Notes: generated from the letters alone by a model not told the origin. DNA of 64,000 nucleotides from an uncultured Muribaculum sp. (GCA_964637445.1 CAZWWS010000001.1:29004-93003); one strand, 5' to 3'. Positions 46,083-56,188 are shown, counted from the first letter of the stretch. Translations and numbers: made by a program.

Positions 46083-47213
46083 ATGGATTTTCAATTACAA
46101 GCTACAGATACAAACAGCAACGCTCGTGCAGGTCTTATCACTACCGATCATGGCACGATAGAGACTCCTATATTTATGCCGGTGGGAACGCTCGGCTCTG
46201 TGAAAGCTGTTCATCTACATGAATTGCGTGATGATGTGAAAGCTCAGATAATTTTGGGCAATACTTATCATCTTTATTTGCGACCTGGCATCGACGTATT
46301 GGAAAAAGCCGGAGGATTGCATAAGTTTAATGGATGGACACGACCGATACTGACTGATAGTGGAGGGTTTCAAGTATTTTCGTTGTCGGCCAATCGCAAA
46401 CTGAAAGAGGAGGGTGCATATTTCCGTTCGCACATCGATGGTTCGAAGCACTTGTTTACTCCTGAAAATGTAGTGGATATTCAGCGCTCCATTGGGGCTG
46501 ATATCATGATGCAACTTGATGAATGTCCTCCAGGTACGGCCGAATATGATTATGCCAAGAAATCATTGGGATTGACTATGCGTTGGCTCAAGCGTGGATG
46601 GGATCGTTATAAGTCCACAGAAGGTAAATACGGGTACTCTCAAGCATATTTTCCTATAGTGCAAGGTTGCACATATCCTGATTTACGTCGCGAGTCTGCT
46701 CGTTATGTTACTGATTTTGGCGCTGATGGAAATGCAATCGGTGGTTTGGCAGTTGGCGAACCCGCAGAGGTGATGTACGATATGATAGATGTGGTAAATG
46801 AAATTCTGCCCAAGGACAAGCCTCGTTATTTAATGGGGGTTGGTACTCCGGCCAATATTCTTGAAGCGATAGAGCGTGGTGTCGATATGATGGATTGCGT
46901 GATGCCTACTCGCAATGGTCGTAATGGAATGTTGTTTACCTCCCATGGTATTATGAACATGCGAAATGCTAAGTGGGCAAACGATTTCTCTCCCATTCAA
47001 GAAGATGGTCCGAGCTACGTCGATCGTCAATATTCCAAGGCTTATCTCCGTCACTTGTTTATATCACAAGAGATACTTGCGATGCAGATAGCCTCGATAC
47101 ATAATATTGCATTCTATCTATGGCTCGTAGGTGAAGCCCGTAAGCATATCATTGTCGGAGATTTCAAGGCGTGGAAAGTGGAAATGTTAGAGCGAGTCAC
47201 TCGCCGATTATAA
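46083..47213 (+). CDS. tgt: tRNA-guanosine(34) transglycosylase (queuine tRNA-ribosyltransferase)
   Basis: The 376-aa protein has TPIFMPVGT, LTDSGGFQV, GLAVGE and MDCVMPTRNGRNG. Confidence 0.95.
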   Translation: MDFQLQATDTNSNARAGLITTDHGTIETPIFMPVGTLGSVKAVHLHELRDDVKAQIILGNTYHLYLRPGIDVLEKAGGLHKFNGWTRPILTDSGGFQVFSLSANRKLKEEGAYFRSHIDGSKHLFTPENVVDIQRSIGADIMMQLDECPPGTAEYDYAKKSLGLTMRWLKRGWDRYKSTEGKYGYSQAYFPIVQGCTYPDLRRESARYVTDFGADGNAIGGLAVGEPAEVMYDMIDVVNEILPKDKPRYLMGVGTPANILEAIERGVDMMDCVMPTRNGRNGMLFTSHGIMNMRNAKWANDFSPIQEDGPSYVDRQYSKAYLRHLFISQEILAMQIASIHNIAFYLWLVGEARKHIIVGDFKAWKVEMLERVTRRL

Positions 47214-47223
47214 TAAAAAATAT

Positions 47224-48300
47224 ATGCTCAAGACACTCGATCTGTATATCATACGTAAATTCTTAGGGACTTACATCTTTGCCATTATTTTGATTTTGGC
47301 AATTACTGTAATGTTTGATATAAATGAAAAACTTGATGCTTTTATCAAGGCTCCGTTAGAGGCTACGATTTTTGATTACTTCTTAAATTTCTTGCCTTAT
47401 TTTGCCAATCAATTTAGTCCTCTGTTTACGTTTATTGCGGTAATATTTTTTACATCAAAGCTTGCAGACAATTCCGAAATTATCGCAATGCTTGCTTCGG
47501 GAGTGAGCTATCGCCGATTGTTGCGTCCATATATGATTTCGGCGGCAGTTATTGCCCTATCCACATATGTATTAAGTGCCTATATAATTCCGCCGGCCAA
47601 TGTGGAGCGTATCGAATTTACAAATACCTATGTGAAGAATAAGCGCGTCGATTATGGTAGCAATATTCAAATGATGGTTGCCCCTGGTGAGATTGCGTAT
47701 ATGAGTAGATATGACAATACCACTAAAATAGGATATAAGTTTTCTCTTGAAAAATTTGAGAATAAGAAGCTTGTGTCTCGTCTTACTGCTCAAACCATCA
47801 AATGGGATACTCTATATCAATGGCAAGTGCGCGATTATATGATTCGTGATTTCGAGGGTGTTCGCGAGCATATTACCAATGGTAAGCGACTTGATACCAT
47901 AATACCGATTGAGCCTCGCGACTTCTTGATTGCAAAAAACGACCATGAGATGATGACTACACCCGAACTGAAAAATTATATTTTGCGTCAGAAAGAACGT
48001 GGTGTAGCCAACATCAAGTCGTTTGAGATTGAATATGAACGACGCTTTGCTATGTGTGCCGCCGCATTTATTCTTACGATAATAGGTATGTCGCTGTCAT
48101 CGCGAAAAGTAAAGGGCGGAATGGGTATTAATATAGGTATCGGATTAGTATTGAGTTTCTCCTATATTTTGTTTTCCACCGTGACATCTACATTTGCAGT
48201 TTCGGGATACACGTCGCCCTTTGTGGCAATGTGGATTCCCAATTTTATCTATATTATCATTGCAATAGTCCTATATCGACGAGCCTCTACTGCTCGATGA
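47224..48300 (+). CDS. LptF/LptG family permease (short form)
   Basis: The 358-aa protein starts MLKTLDLYIIRKFLGTYIFAIILILAITVMFD... with the YjgP/YjgQ pattern. Confidence 0.85.
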   Translation: MLKTLDLYIIRKFLGTYIFAIILILAITVMFDINEKLDAFIKAPLEATIFDYFLNFLPYFANQFSPLFTFIAVIFFTSKLADNSEIIAMLASGVSYRRLLRPYMISAAVIALSTYVLSAYIIPPANVERIEFTNTYVKNKRVDYGSNIQMMVAPGEIAYMSRYDNTTKIGYKFSLEKFENKKLVSRLTAQTIKWDTLYQWQVRDYMIRDFEGVREHITNGKRLDTIIPIEPRDFLIAKNDHEMMTTPELKNYILRQKERGVANIKSFEIEYERRFAMCAAAFILTIIGMSLSSRKVKGGMGINIGIGLVLSFSYILFSTVTSTFAVSGYTSPFVAMWIPNFIYIIIAIVLYRRASTAR

Positions 48301-48305
48301 TTAGG

Positions 48306-49181
48306 TTATATACGCTCTAATACGGTTTCAATCAGATCCTTGATTGCTGTTTTGTAGTTGGGCGTGGCGTTTGTAGATACTCGATTGGCTATAATTGAGC
48401 ATACGGTCATTGCTTTATGCCCAAGCATTTTCGCTAAACCTTGTAATGGTGCGCTCTCCATTTCGTAATTTGTCACTTTCAGCCCGTTGTGTCGGAATGT
48501 TTCTATTCGCGCATTCAAGTCCGGATTGGACAATGGAAGTCGCAGTTCTCTACCTTGAGGTCCATAAAATCCGACAGCCGAGATTGTATTCCCTCTTACC
48601 ATATCGTTGCCGCCGATTCTATCTACTAATTCAGGGTCGGCATCTACTACGTAAGGTCTTGCCCATAGCGGATTCCACCCTACGTGAGAGCAAAAAGATG
48701 TTTCAAAATCTGTGTCACAGATATTATCTCTCCCTGCATAAAAATTGAGTACGCCATCAAATCCTATTGCTTTTTGTGCAATAACAGGTGTGCCTACAAT
48801 CAATTCAGGTTGCAATGCTCCTGATGTGCCGATTCTGACAAGTGTAAGCGCGCGATGTTCGACCTTGACTTCTCTGGTATTGAAATCTATATTCGCAAGA
48901 GCGTCAAGCTCATTCATCACTATGTCGATATTGTCAGGTCCTATACCATGGCTAAGACACATTATTGGTTTCCCTTTATATGTGCCACCTATTGAGTGAA
49001 ACTCGCGTGAAGAGATTTCAAACGTTCTGGTGTCAAAGAATGATGCTACCATGTCGACGCGCCCGGGATCTCCAACAAGGATGATATTGTCGGTTAATTG
49101 TTCCGGACGGATGTGAAGGTGGAATATTGAGCCATCGGAGTTGATTATCATCTCAGAGGCGGGAATAATCTTCTTTTCCAT
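48306..49181 (-). CDS. nucleoside phosphorylase (PNP/UDP family 1)
   Basis: The motifs are GDPGRVDMV, LSHGIGPDNIDIVMNEL, RIGTSG and YEMESA. The start is set at the ATG (MEKKIIP...) rather than the track's TTG at 49220, which would overlap dprA. Confidence 0.8.
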   Translation of the reverse strand: MEKKIIPASEMIINSDGSIFHLHIRPEQLTDNIILVGDPGRVDMVASFFDTRTFEISSREFHSIGGTYKGKPIMCLSHGIGPDNIDIVMNELDALANIDFNTREVKVEHRALTLVRIGTSGALQPELIVGTPVIAQKAIGFDGVLNFYAGRDNICDTDFETSFCSHVGWNPLWARPYVVDADPELVDRIGGNDMVRGNTISAVGFYGPQGRELRLPLSNPDLNARIETFRHNGLKVTNYEMESAPLQGLAKMLGHKAMTVCSIIANRVSTNATPNYKTAIKDLIETVLERI

Positions 49182-49212
49182 GAGTTTGGTATTTTGATTA
49201 TTAATGAGGTTT

Positions 49213-50316
49213 CTAAGCAAGTCGGTATTTGCTACCGGGAAATGATAGAATCAAGCCCTTAAATTCCATATCAATAAGTATACCCATTAAGCGCGCAATG
49301 GGGATATTGACTGAAACGCATAAGGTGTTGATTTGGGCTTCACCATGTTGAGTGAGATATTCTACTACCGACCGTTCTTCATCAGTCAATTCTAATATCA
49401 TCTCGGTTTGCTCTCCTTCCTTTTTTCGGGGAGTCCAGCGCATGGCAGTTATCAGGTCGTCCGCATTGGTGATTAGCCCGGCCGTATTAGTCGCTATAAG
49501 GTGATTGCAACCTGCACTATATGGGTCGGACGTGCGTCCCGGAAGAGCAAATACGTCACGACAATATCCCGATGCTAATCGGGCAGTGATTAATGCTCCA
49601 CCTTTTTTGGCGGATTCTGCTACAATAGTGCAATCACTCATTGCGGCGACGATTCTATTGCGGGCGATAAAATTGCCACGATGTATTGCGTCAGAGGAAC
49701 GATAGTCGGTGATTAGACCTCCTCCGTTTTGCACCATTTCGACTGCGGTGTTGCGATGAGTGGCAGGATATATTGTGTTCAGTCCGTGTGCAAGTACGGC
49801 TATTGTCGGTATCCCGGCGCGGAGTGCCGCTCTATGAGCCGTAATGTCGATACCATATGCCAATCCGCTTACGATAACAATATTCTCCATCGATGATGCT
49901 AAATCTTCAACCAGCGAGGTGACAAATGAGTTTCCATAAGGAGTTGCATGGCGCGTACCGACGATACTTACGATGTGAGCTGCATTTAGGTCACATTCTC
50001 CTGCCATATATAGTATGATAGGGGCGTCCTCGCAGTCGGAAAATCGATGTGGAAATGCTCCATCTGTAAAATATATCGCACGAATATTTGGGTGCTTATT
50101 CAGAAATTCCGCTTCGATAGTGGCTTTGGCTAAGATTTCATCGCGATATTTTCTATCAAACAGCTTGTTGTCAAAACCGATTGTATCAATCAAGTCTCGA
50201 TGCGATAGAGTGAAGAAGCGTTCTTCCGACTCTATACGAGTCAGCAACTCTTCAGCAAGAGTACGATTGATACCTCTGAGGGAGGCAAATGCTATTTGAT
50301 AGATATTCGGAGTCAT
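49213..50316 (-). CDS. dprA: DNA-processing protein DprA
   Basis: The 367-aa protein has VSGLAYGIDITAHRAAL, AVLAHGLNTIYP and a C-terminal winged-helix. Confidence 0.9.
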   Translation of the reverse strand: MTPNIYQIAFASLRGINRTLAEELLTRIESEERFFTLSHRDLIDTIGFDNKLFDRKYRDEILAKATIEAEFLNKHPNIRAIYFTDGAFPHRFSDCEDAPIILYMAGECDLNAAHIVSIVGTRHATPYGNSFVTSLVEDLASSMENIVIVSGLAYGIDITAHRAALRAGIPTIAVLAHGLNTIYPATHRNTAVEMVQNGGGLITDYRSSDAIHRGNFIARNRIVAAMSDCTIVAESAKKGGALITARLASGYCRDVFALPGRTSDPYSAGCNHLIATNTAGLITNADDLITAMRWTPRKKEGEQTEMILELTDEERSVVEYLTQHGEAQINTLCVSVNIPIARLMGILIDMEFKGLILSFPGSKYRLA

Positions 50317-50324
50317 ATCGAATG

Positions 50325-50729
50325 TTACAGATATTTTTGGAAGGCTTCAGCCAATTTGTCGCCACGTGTTAGTTTGCCATCTTCAAGGCATACACATGTC
50401 GTTACAGCTTTTATTATAGGGCTGCCATCCGGTCGATATATATCTTGAATGAAAATGAAACGAGCACCATCGCGACGAAGAGCGAGTTTGCTTATCATTG
50501 ACTCGCCAAGATGTAGGGGAGAGATATATTCTATCTCTGCTTTGCGCAACACAGGCGCCCATCCCATTTCGTGCATTTTTGCAAATGATAGTCCGGCTGC
50601 TTCGCAAAATTCATGTCGGGTCATCTCAAGATAATGCAGATAATTGGCATTGTTGACAATGCCTTCCACATCAACTTCATAGTCGCGAACTTTTATCGGG
50701 AGTTCAAATATATATTTAGTATTATCCAT
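50325..50729 (-). CDS. acyl-CoA thioesterase (4HBT/YbgC-like hotdog fold)
   Basis: The 134-aa protein has VRDYEVDVEGIVNNANYLHYLEMTRHEF. Confidence 0.85.
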   Translation of the reverse strand: MDNTKYIFELPIKVRDYEVDVEGIVNNANYLHYLEMTRHEFCEAAGLSFAKMHEMGWAPVLRKAEIEYISPLHLGESMISKLALRRDGARFIFIQDIYRPDGSPIIKAVTTCVCLEDGKLTRGDKLAEAFQKYL

Positions 50730-50796
50730 TTCGATAATGAGTTTTAATAGTATGTGTAAAGTTACATAATTATTTTGAAAATTGCACGGGTCGTGC

Positions 50797-50804
50797 TAAC
50801 TTTG
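50797..50804 (+). promoter_or_regulatory. -7 box TAACTTTG
   Basis: A TAnnTTTG match lies 31 nt upstream of the TTG start at 50835. Confidence 0.4.
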
Positions 50805-50834
50805 ACGTGTAAAAAACGAAAATAGGCAAACAAG

Positions 50835-51947
50835 TTGAGAAATAAAATAGTCATATTAATTTTATTAGTGTTGACCGGCTATGGTGTCGGCTGGACTTGT
50901 ACTTCTGCAATTGTCGGTCGGCAGGCATCATCTACCGGTCGCCCTTTGCTCTGGAAACATCGCGATACCGGATTTGAAAACAATTTTGTGGCACGTGTAT
51001 CGGCCGTAAATTCCAATGAGTATGATTTCGTTGCATTGTTTAATGCCGGTGATTCCACACTGTCAGAGGCGTGGATTGGTGTAAATAGTGTCGGATTTGC
51101 CGTAATGAATACTGCATCATATAATTTGGCTCCCGATACGGCTGTCTATAAAGACCGAGAGGGATTTTTAATGGCTAAAGCTCTTCGTGTGTGTAAATCT
51201 TTGACAGACTTTGAAACAATGCTCGATACCTTATCGCGCCCCATGGGGGTGCAAGCCAATTTTGGCGCAATAGATGCCGATGGTAATGGTGCGTATTACG
51301 AAACGAATGATTTTGAGTACACAAAATTTTCTTTGTGTGACGCTGAGGATGGTGTATTGGTTCGTACAAACTATTCATATTCAGGGAATGAGGATGGTGG
51401 TTTTGGATATATAAGAGAGCAAAATGCTAAATGGTTATTGGCTCCTTATATAGAGAACAACACTTTATCACCGATTGTGTTTACCGATGTCTTGTCGCGT
51501 TCGTTCTATCACTCTCTGCTTGACAAAGATTTTGCTACAACAGGTGAACGTTGGATTATCGACCAGGATTTTATCCCTCGGCGAAGTTCGAGTGCTTCTG
51601 TTGTGATAGAAGGTGTGGCAGAAGGTGAAGATCCTCGACTATCCATTATGTGGACCGAGATTGGCTATCCGCCATGTTCCTATGTGATTCCTGCGACTAT
51701 AGATTCAGTGCCGGCTGAATTGCTCCCTAATCCTGAGACATGGCGCAGCCCTATGTGCGACCAAGTAGTAGAACGTAAACAATCAGTATTTTCAATCACG
51801 AAAGGTAGTGGAAGTCATTATCTTGATATTAGTAAATTAATCAATGTCGATGGTACAGGATATTCTCAGCAAGGTATTTTGCGTAGTCGTGAGAACTATC
51901 GCCGAGGATATGAGTATCGCGACTCTCTAAAGCAAACACTCAAATGA
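50835..51947 (+). CDS. secreted Cys-Ntn-hydrolase-like protein (peptidase C69/C45-like)
   Basis: A signal peptide ends ...GYGVGWT-C, and the mature N-terminus CTSAIVGRQASSTGRPLLWKHRD resembles the Cys-nucleophile start of C69/C45 enzymes. The start is TTG, with no in-frame ATG nearby. Confidence 0.5.
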   Translation: MRNKIVILILLVLTGYGVGWTCTSAIVGRQASSTGRPLLWKHRDTGFENNFVARVSAVNSNEYDFVALFNAGDSTLSEAWIGVNSVGFAVMNTASYNLAPDTAVYKDREGFLMAKALRVCKSLTDFETMLDTLSRPMGVQANFGAIDADGNGAYYETNDFEYTKFSLCDAEDGVLVRTNYSYSGNEDGGFGYIREQNAKWLLAPYIENNTLSPIVFTDVLSRSFYHSLLDKDFATTGERWIIDQDFIPRRSSSASVVIEGVAEGEDPRLSIMWTEIGYPPCSYVIPATIDSVPAELLPNPETWRSPMCDQVVERKQSVFSITKGSGSHYLDISKLINVDGTGYSQQGILRSRENYRRGYEYRDSLKQTLK

Positions 51948-52318
51948 TTCAATCAGCTCTTTTAACAATCCTCTTTCTCGTCGTTTCAAATGTGTTTATG
52001 ACCTTTGCTTGGTATGGTCATCTGAAAATGCAATCTTCAGGTATATCTCAATCATGGTCGTTGTATGCCGTTATATTATTCTCATGGGGAATAGCGTTAT
52101 TTGAATACTGCTTTCAAGTCCCGGCCAATCGTATCGGATTTGATGGCAATGGAGGTCCCTTTTCGTTGATACAACTAAAAGTAATGCAAGAGGTTATTAC
52201 ATTAATTGTGTTTGTCGTTTTTAGTTTGATAGCTTTCGAAGGGACTGTTATAAGATGGAATCATATCCTCGCATTCGTCCTCCTTATTGGTGCGGTCTAT
52301 TTGGTCTTTATGAAGTAG
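51944..52318 (+). CDS. DMT-superfamily small membrane protein (DUF486-like)
   Basis: The 124-aa protein has 4 TM segments and starts ...VSNVFMTFAWYGHLK. Its start overlaps the upstream stop. Confidence 0.7.
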   Translation: MIQSALLTILFLVVSNVFMTFAWYGHLKMQSSGISQSWSLYAVILFSWGIALFEYCFQVPANRIGFDGNGGPFSLIQLKVMQEVITLIVFVVFSLIAFEGTVIRWNHILAFVLLIGAVYLVFMK

Positions 52319-52749
52319 TGCAGTAGTTTGGAATATTGACGTAGTTCATCTACCGATTTCAGAGCCGAATAGGGGATAATAATGTATTTATATTTCCCCT
52401 TAAGTTGTAAAATAAAAGCCGTGCGTGAGAATCGCAGACGAGCCACATCTCCCCATGCGATTATTTCATCATCAGGTGTTGGATGCTCATCGTCGATTGG
52501 CTCAAATATTAGTTTTGCTCCATTGTTGGAGATATTAACTCGCTTGGCAATGATTGCATATCGCATAGTGGGAGTTAACGAATAGTAATAAATCGGAAGC
52601 ATCGCCAATGGTGCGACAAGGCATAGCAATATTGCAGAGAGAAATAGAAATTGGATAGATATTATAAAGCCTAATATGGCCGAAGAGGCAATGGCTATGA
52701 ATGGTATCCACCACCATTGGCGGAACCAATCTTTTGCTACTAATCCCAT
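52297..52749 (-). CDS. membrane protein with YcxB/PH-like C-terminal domain
   Basis: It has two TM segments followed by a small beta-rich domain. The start is set at the ATG (MGLVAKDWF...); the track's TTG at 52809 overlaps the upstream gene. Confidence 0.5.
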   Translation of the reverse strand: MGLVAKDWFRQWWWIPFIAIASSAILGFIISIQFLFLSAILLCLVAPLAMLPIYYYSLTPTMRYAIIAKRVNISNNGAKLIFEPIDDEHPTPDDEIIAWGDVARLRFSRTAFILQLKGKYKYIIIPYSALKSVDELRQYSKLLHYFIKTK

Positions 52750-52802
52750 ATAGGTACTTGACCTTATTGAGAAAATTGCAGTTGTTGCTTCTTGATTTGT
52801 TG

Positions 52803-52982
52803 TTACCAAAATTTATTGTTTTCGTTGCTGTATTCAAATCCAAAGGCTTTTAGCCTTTTCTCAAGTTCATCTCTATCAATTTGCATGTCCTCGCATAGCG
52901 CGTCGAGAGATGGATATTGGTCGCGTAGCTTCATATTTATGACGCTTAATAGCATCATCGGATCTTTGGGTAATTGATTCAT
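52803..52982 (-). CDS. DUF4250-like small protein (59 aa; not in the ORF track)
   Basis: My own translation is MNQLPKDPMMLLSVINMKLRDQYPSLDALCEDMQIDRDELEKRLKAFGFEYSNENNKFW. It shows the MLLS.IN.KLRD.Y.SLD.LC pattern of that family. The + ORF 52792-52977 is its shadow. Confidence 0.7.
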   Translation of the reverse strand: MNQLPKDPMMLLSVINMKLRDQYPSLDALCEDMQIDRDELEKRLKAFGFEYSNENNKFW

Positions 52983-52999
52983 AGAGAAATGTATATGAA

Positions 53000-53029
53000 A
53001 TACCCGAACGGATTACTCCATTCGGGTAT
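53000..53029 (-). terminator. hairpin after the DUF1015 gene
   Basis: The perfect 9-bp stem ATACCCGAA...TTCGGGTAT has a weak T tract on the minus strand. Confidence 0.45.
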
Positions 53030-53047
53030 TTGTATTTAGAAACTTAG

Positions 53048-54292
53048 TTAATCTAACTTGTGAATTACCAAACCGGAGCGAAGTTTCGGCTCAAACCAAG
53101 TCGTCTTCGGTGGCATGATATTGCTGGTGTCGGCTATATTCATTAGTTGATCCATCGATACAGGGTAGAGGGCGAGAGCCGCAGCCCATTCTCCGCTGTC
53201 TACGCGACGTTTCAACTCTTTCAAACCTCGGATACCGCCTACGAAATCTACTCGTTTGTCGCTTCTGAGATCAACAATATTGAGAATATCTCGAAGTATC
53301 AGGTCTGATGAAATAGTAACATCAAGCACTCCTATCGGGTCGGTATCGTCGTATGTCCCGGTGTGAGCCGTTAGCGAATACCAATGCCTTTCGAGGTAGA
53401 GTGAGAAGTTGTGTAAGTCAGCCGGATGATAAGGCTCGCAACCCATATCTTCTACATCAAAATTTGCTTTAAGTTTCTCGATAAACTCAGCCGGAGTATT
53501 TCCGTTCAAGTCTTTCACGAGGCGATTGTAATCGAGAATCTTTAGGTGTGAAGCGGGGAAGCAAACGGCAAGGAAGAAGTTGTACTCTTCATCGCCCTTA
53601 TGATTTGGGTTTTGACGCGCTTTTTCAGCTCCGACAAGAGCCGCAGCAGCCGTGCGATGGTGGCCATCTGCGATATAGAGGTAGGGTATAGCGGCAAAGG
53701 TTTCTGTGATAACCTTTGTCGTTTCTTCATCATTGATTACCCAAAATGTATGTCCGAAACCATCGGGGGCTACAAAGTCGTATTCCGGCTCTTCGGATGT
53801 CACTTTTCTGATAACCTCTTCGAGCGTATTGTTGTCGGGGAACGCAAAAAATACCGGTTCTACGTTTGCATTGTTGATGCGAACATGCTTCATGCGGTCT
53901 TCTTCTTTATCACGACGCGTCAGTTCGTGCTTCTTGATGTAGCCATTTAGATAGTCATCTACGTACGCAGCAACGACAATACCGTATTGAGTGCGACCAT
54001 TCATTGTTTGAGCATAAATGTAGTAATGCTCTTTGTCGTCTTGAACAAGCCATCCGTTGCGTTGGAATGCGTTGAATTGATCTACTGCAGCAGTATATAC
54101 TTTCGGATCATGCTCATCTGTGCCGACTTCAAAGTTGATTTCCGGCTTGATGATATGATAGAGCGACTTCGGGTTGCCTTCAGCCTCTTGGCGAGCTTCT
54201 TCGCTTGATAACACGTCGTAGGGGCGAGAAGCTACCTCTTCGACCAATTGACGTGGTGGGCGGACGCCCTTAAATGGTTTGATTCGTGCCAT
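53048..54292 (-). CDS. DUF1015 domain-containing protein
   Basis: The 414-aa protein starts MARIKPFKGVRPPRQLVEEVASRPYDVLSSEEAR and has ...YIADGHHR..., characteristic of the family. Confidence 0.85.
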   Translation of the reverse strand: MARIKPFKGVRPPRQLVEEVASRPYDVLSSEEARQEAEGNPKSLYHIIKPEINFEVGTDEHDPKVYTAAVDQFNAFQRNGWLVQDDKEHYYIYAQTMNGRTQYGIVVAAYVDDYLNGYIKKHELTRRDKEEDRMKHVRINNANVEPVFFAFPDNNTLEEVIRKVTSEEPEYDFVAPDGFGHTFWVINDEETTKVITETFAAIPYLYIADGHHRTAAAALVGAEKARQNPNHKGDEEYNFFLAVCFPASHLKILDYNRLVKDLNGNTPAEFIEKLKANFDVEDMGCEPYHPADLHNFSLYLERHWYSLTAHTGTYDDTDPIGVLDVTISSDLILRDILNIVDLRSDKRVDFVGGIRGLKELKRRVDSGEWAAALALYPVSMDQLMNIADTSNIMPPKTTWFEPKLRSGLVIHKLD

Positions 54293-54313
54293 ATTGTTTA
54301 TGTTGAGGAGTGT

Positions 54314-55585
54314 TTATTTGGGTTGGCGAATGATGGTTTGTTCACGGTCGGGACCGATAGAAACGATTGTGATTGGAGTCTCCAACTCTTTCTCAAGGAA
54401 TTTGATGTATTCGCTGAATGCTTGTGGAAATTCGCTTTCACTCTTAAATTGTGTCATGTCGGTCTTCCATCCGGGGAGTTCGGTGTATACCGGTTCGATT
54501 TTTTCTTCATCGATGTCGAAGGGGAATGTATTGACAATTTCTCCGTCTACTTTGTAGGCTGTGCATGCTTTGATCGTATCGAAATCGTCGAGCACGTCGC
54601 TCTTCATCATGATAAGTTGCGTAACGCCGTTGATCATGATGGCATAGCGGAGCGCTACGAGGTCGATCCATCCGCAACGACGTTCACGACCGGTTACCGC
54701 ACCATACTCGTGACCGAGGTCGCGAATACGCTTGCCGGTTTCGTCAAACAATTCGGTGGGGAATGGTCCGCTGCCTACGCGAGTACAATATGCCTTGAAG
54801 ATACCAAACACTTCTCCAATCTTATTAGGTGCGACGCCCAAGCCTGAACATGCTCCGGCACAAATAGTGTTTGATGAAGTCACAAACGGATAAGATCCGA
54901 AATCCACATCAAGCAAAGTGCCTTGTGCACCTTCGCAAAGTATTGATTTGCCTTCACGAAGAAGTCCGTTGATGAGGTATTCGCTATCGACAATCTCATA
55001 TCCTTTGATATATTCGATAGCGTCAAGCCATTTTTGCTCCAACTCTGCAAACTCCGGTGTCTCTCCCATAGCTTTGAGCGTAGCAAGGTGCTTGTCGCGC
55101 GCTGCGGAATATTTCTTCTCAAAGTTATGGAATGTGTCGCCCAAACGAAGACCGTTGCGGCTTACTTTGTCGGTATATGTAGGACCGATGCCTTTTCCGG
55201 TTGTACCGATTTTGGCGCCTCCTTTGGCTTTTTCGTTGGCAGCGTCAAGCAATCGGTGGGTTGGCATGATGAGGTGTACTTTCTTTGAAATCTTGAGTAT
55301 GCTTTTTAGCGCAATGCCACTTTTTTCAAGCGCTTCTGCTTCTTCACGGAAAAGTACCGGATCGAGCACTACTCCATTGCCGATAATGTTAATCTGACCA
55401 TGTTGGAAGATTCCGGAAGGAATAGAGCGAAGCACATATTTCTTGCCTTCAAATTCGAGCGTGTGACCTGCATTTGGACCTCCTTGAAAACGAGCAACTG
55501 CGTCATAGCGAGGTGTCAAAACGTCAACTACTTTACCTTTGCCTTCATCTCCCCATTGGAGACCGAGTAGAACATCAACTTTCAT
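54314..55585 (-). CDS. purA: adenylosuccinate synthase
   Basis: The 423-aa protein has GLQWGDEGKGK, GPNAGHT, TTGKGIGP and GTTGRE-like motifs. Confidence 0.96.
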   Translation of the reverse strand: MKVDVLLGLQWGDEGKGKVVDVLTPRYDAVARFQGGPNAGHTLEFEGKKYVLRSIPSGIFQHGQINIIGNGVVLDPVLFREEAEALEKSGIALKSILKISKKVHLIMPTHRLLDAANEKAKGGAKIGTTGKGIGPTYTDKVSRNGLRLGDTFHNFEKKYSAARDKHLATLKAMGETPEFAELEQKWLDAIEYIKGYEIVDSEYLINGLLREGKSILCEGAQGTLLDVDFGSYPFVTSSNTICAGACSGLGVAPNKIGEVFGIFKAYCTRVGSGPFPTELFDETGKRIRDLGHEYGAVTGRERRCGWIDLVALRYAIMINGVTQLIMMKSDVLDDFDTIKACTAYKVDGEIVNTFPFDIDEEKIEPVYTELPGWKTDMTQFKSESEFPQAFSEYIKFLEKELETPITIVSIGPDREQTIIRQPK

Positions 55586-56085
55586 TTCAGTGTCTTACTT
55601 TTAGATGTTTGTATAATTATTGTTTTTTTGTTTCGTCTGTTTTTACGCACACATGCTGAGCATATTCCGTAGACATATAGCGTTATGTACGATGTATGAA
55701 ACGTAGAGTAGCGTCGTGAATTGAGTAATTTAACCAATTCCGGATCTTTCACTTCTTTCACTTTGCCACATTGGGTGCATATCACATGCAGATGATTGGT
55801 CACGCCTGCCACGCGTTCATATTGGACCGGTTGCCCGGGAAAACGATGGCATCTTACCAATCCGCAGTCTGTAAGCAGTTCCATCGTGTTATACACTGTG
55901 GCGCGGCTCACATGATATGCATCTTTTTCGAGCGAAGCACTTAAAGTATCGATATGAAAATGTTGCGTCATGTCGAATACTTTGTCGAGTATTGCATAAC
56001 GCTCAGGCGTCTTGCGCAATTTCTTTGCTACCATATATTCGGTGAAAGTGTCGCGCGCCGATGACTTTAGTTTCTCTTCGCTCAT
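55582..56085 (-). CDS. fur: Fur family transcriptional regulator
   Basis: It has a winged helix (TPERYAILD...) plus the CTQCGKV and CSAC zinc motifs. The start is set at the ATG (MSEEKLK). Its stop overlaps the purA start. Confidence 0.85.
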   Translation of the reverse strand: MSEEKLKSSARDTFTEYMVAKKLRKTPERYAILDKVFDMTQHFHIDTLSASLEKDAYHVSRATVYNTMELLTDCGLVRCHRFPGQPVQYERVAGVTNHLHVICTQCGKVKEVKDPELVKLLNSRRYSTFHTSYITLYVYGICSACVRKNRRNKKTIIIQTSKSKTLK

Positions 56086-56093
56086 TGCGTCTA

Positions 56094-56101
56094 CAAAGAT
56101 A
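56094..56101 (-). promoter_or_regulatory. -7 box TATCTTTG (minus strand) for fur-purA
   Basis: A TAnnTTTG match lies 9 nt upstream of the ATG at 56085, implying a very short leader. Confidence 0.35.
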
Positions 56102-56155
56102 CGATAAATAAGGTGCAATATAAAAGAAACACTCAAAAAAATAATTTATCCGTAC

Positions 56156-56188
56156 AAAAAAAGTGACACACCTTTTCAGATGTGCCAC
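56156..56188 (-). terminator. intrinsic terminator after the amylase gene
   Basis: On the minus strand GTGGCACATC-tgaaaa-GGTGTGTCAC (imperfect) is followed by TTTTTTT. Confidence 0.6.

Noticed and set aside
54248-55397. Plus-strand ORFs 54248-54847 and 54918-55397.
   Set aside because: They are antisense to purA and the DUF1015 gene end, so they are shadow ORFs.
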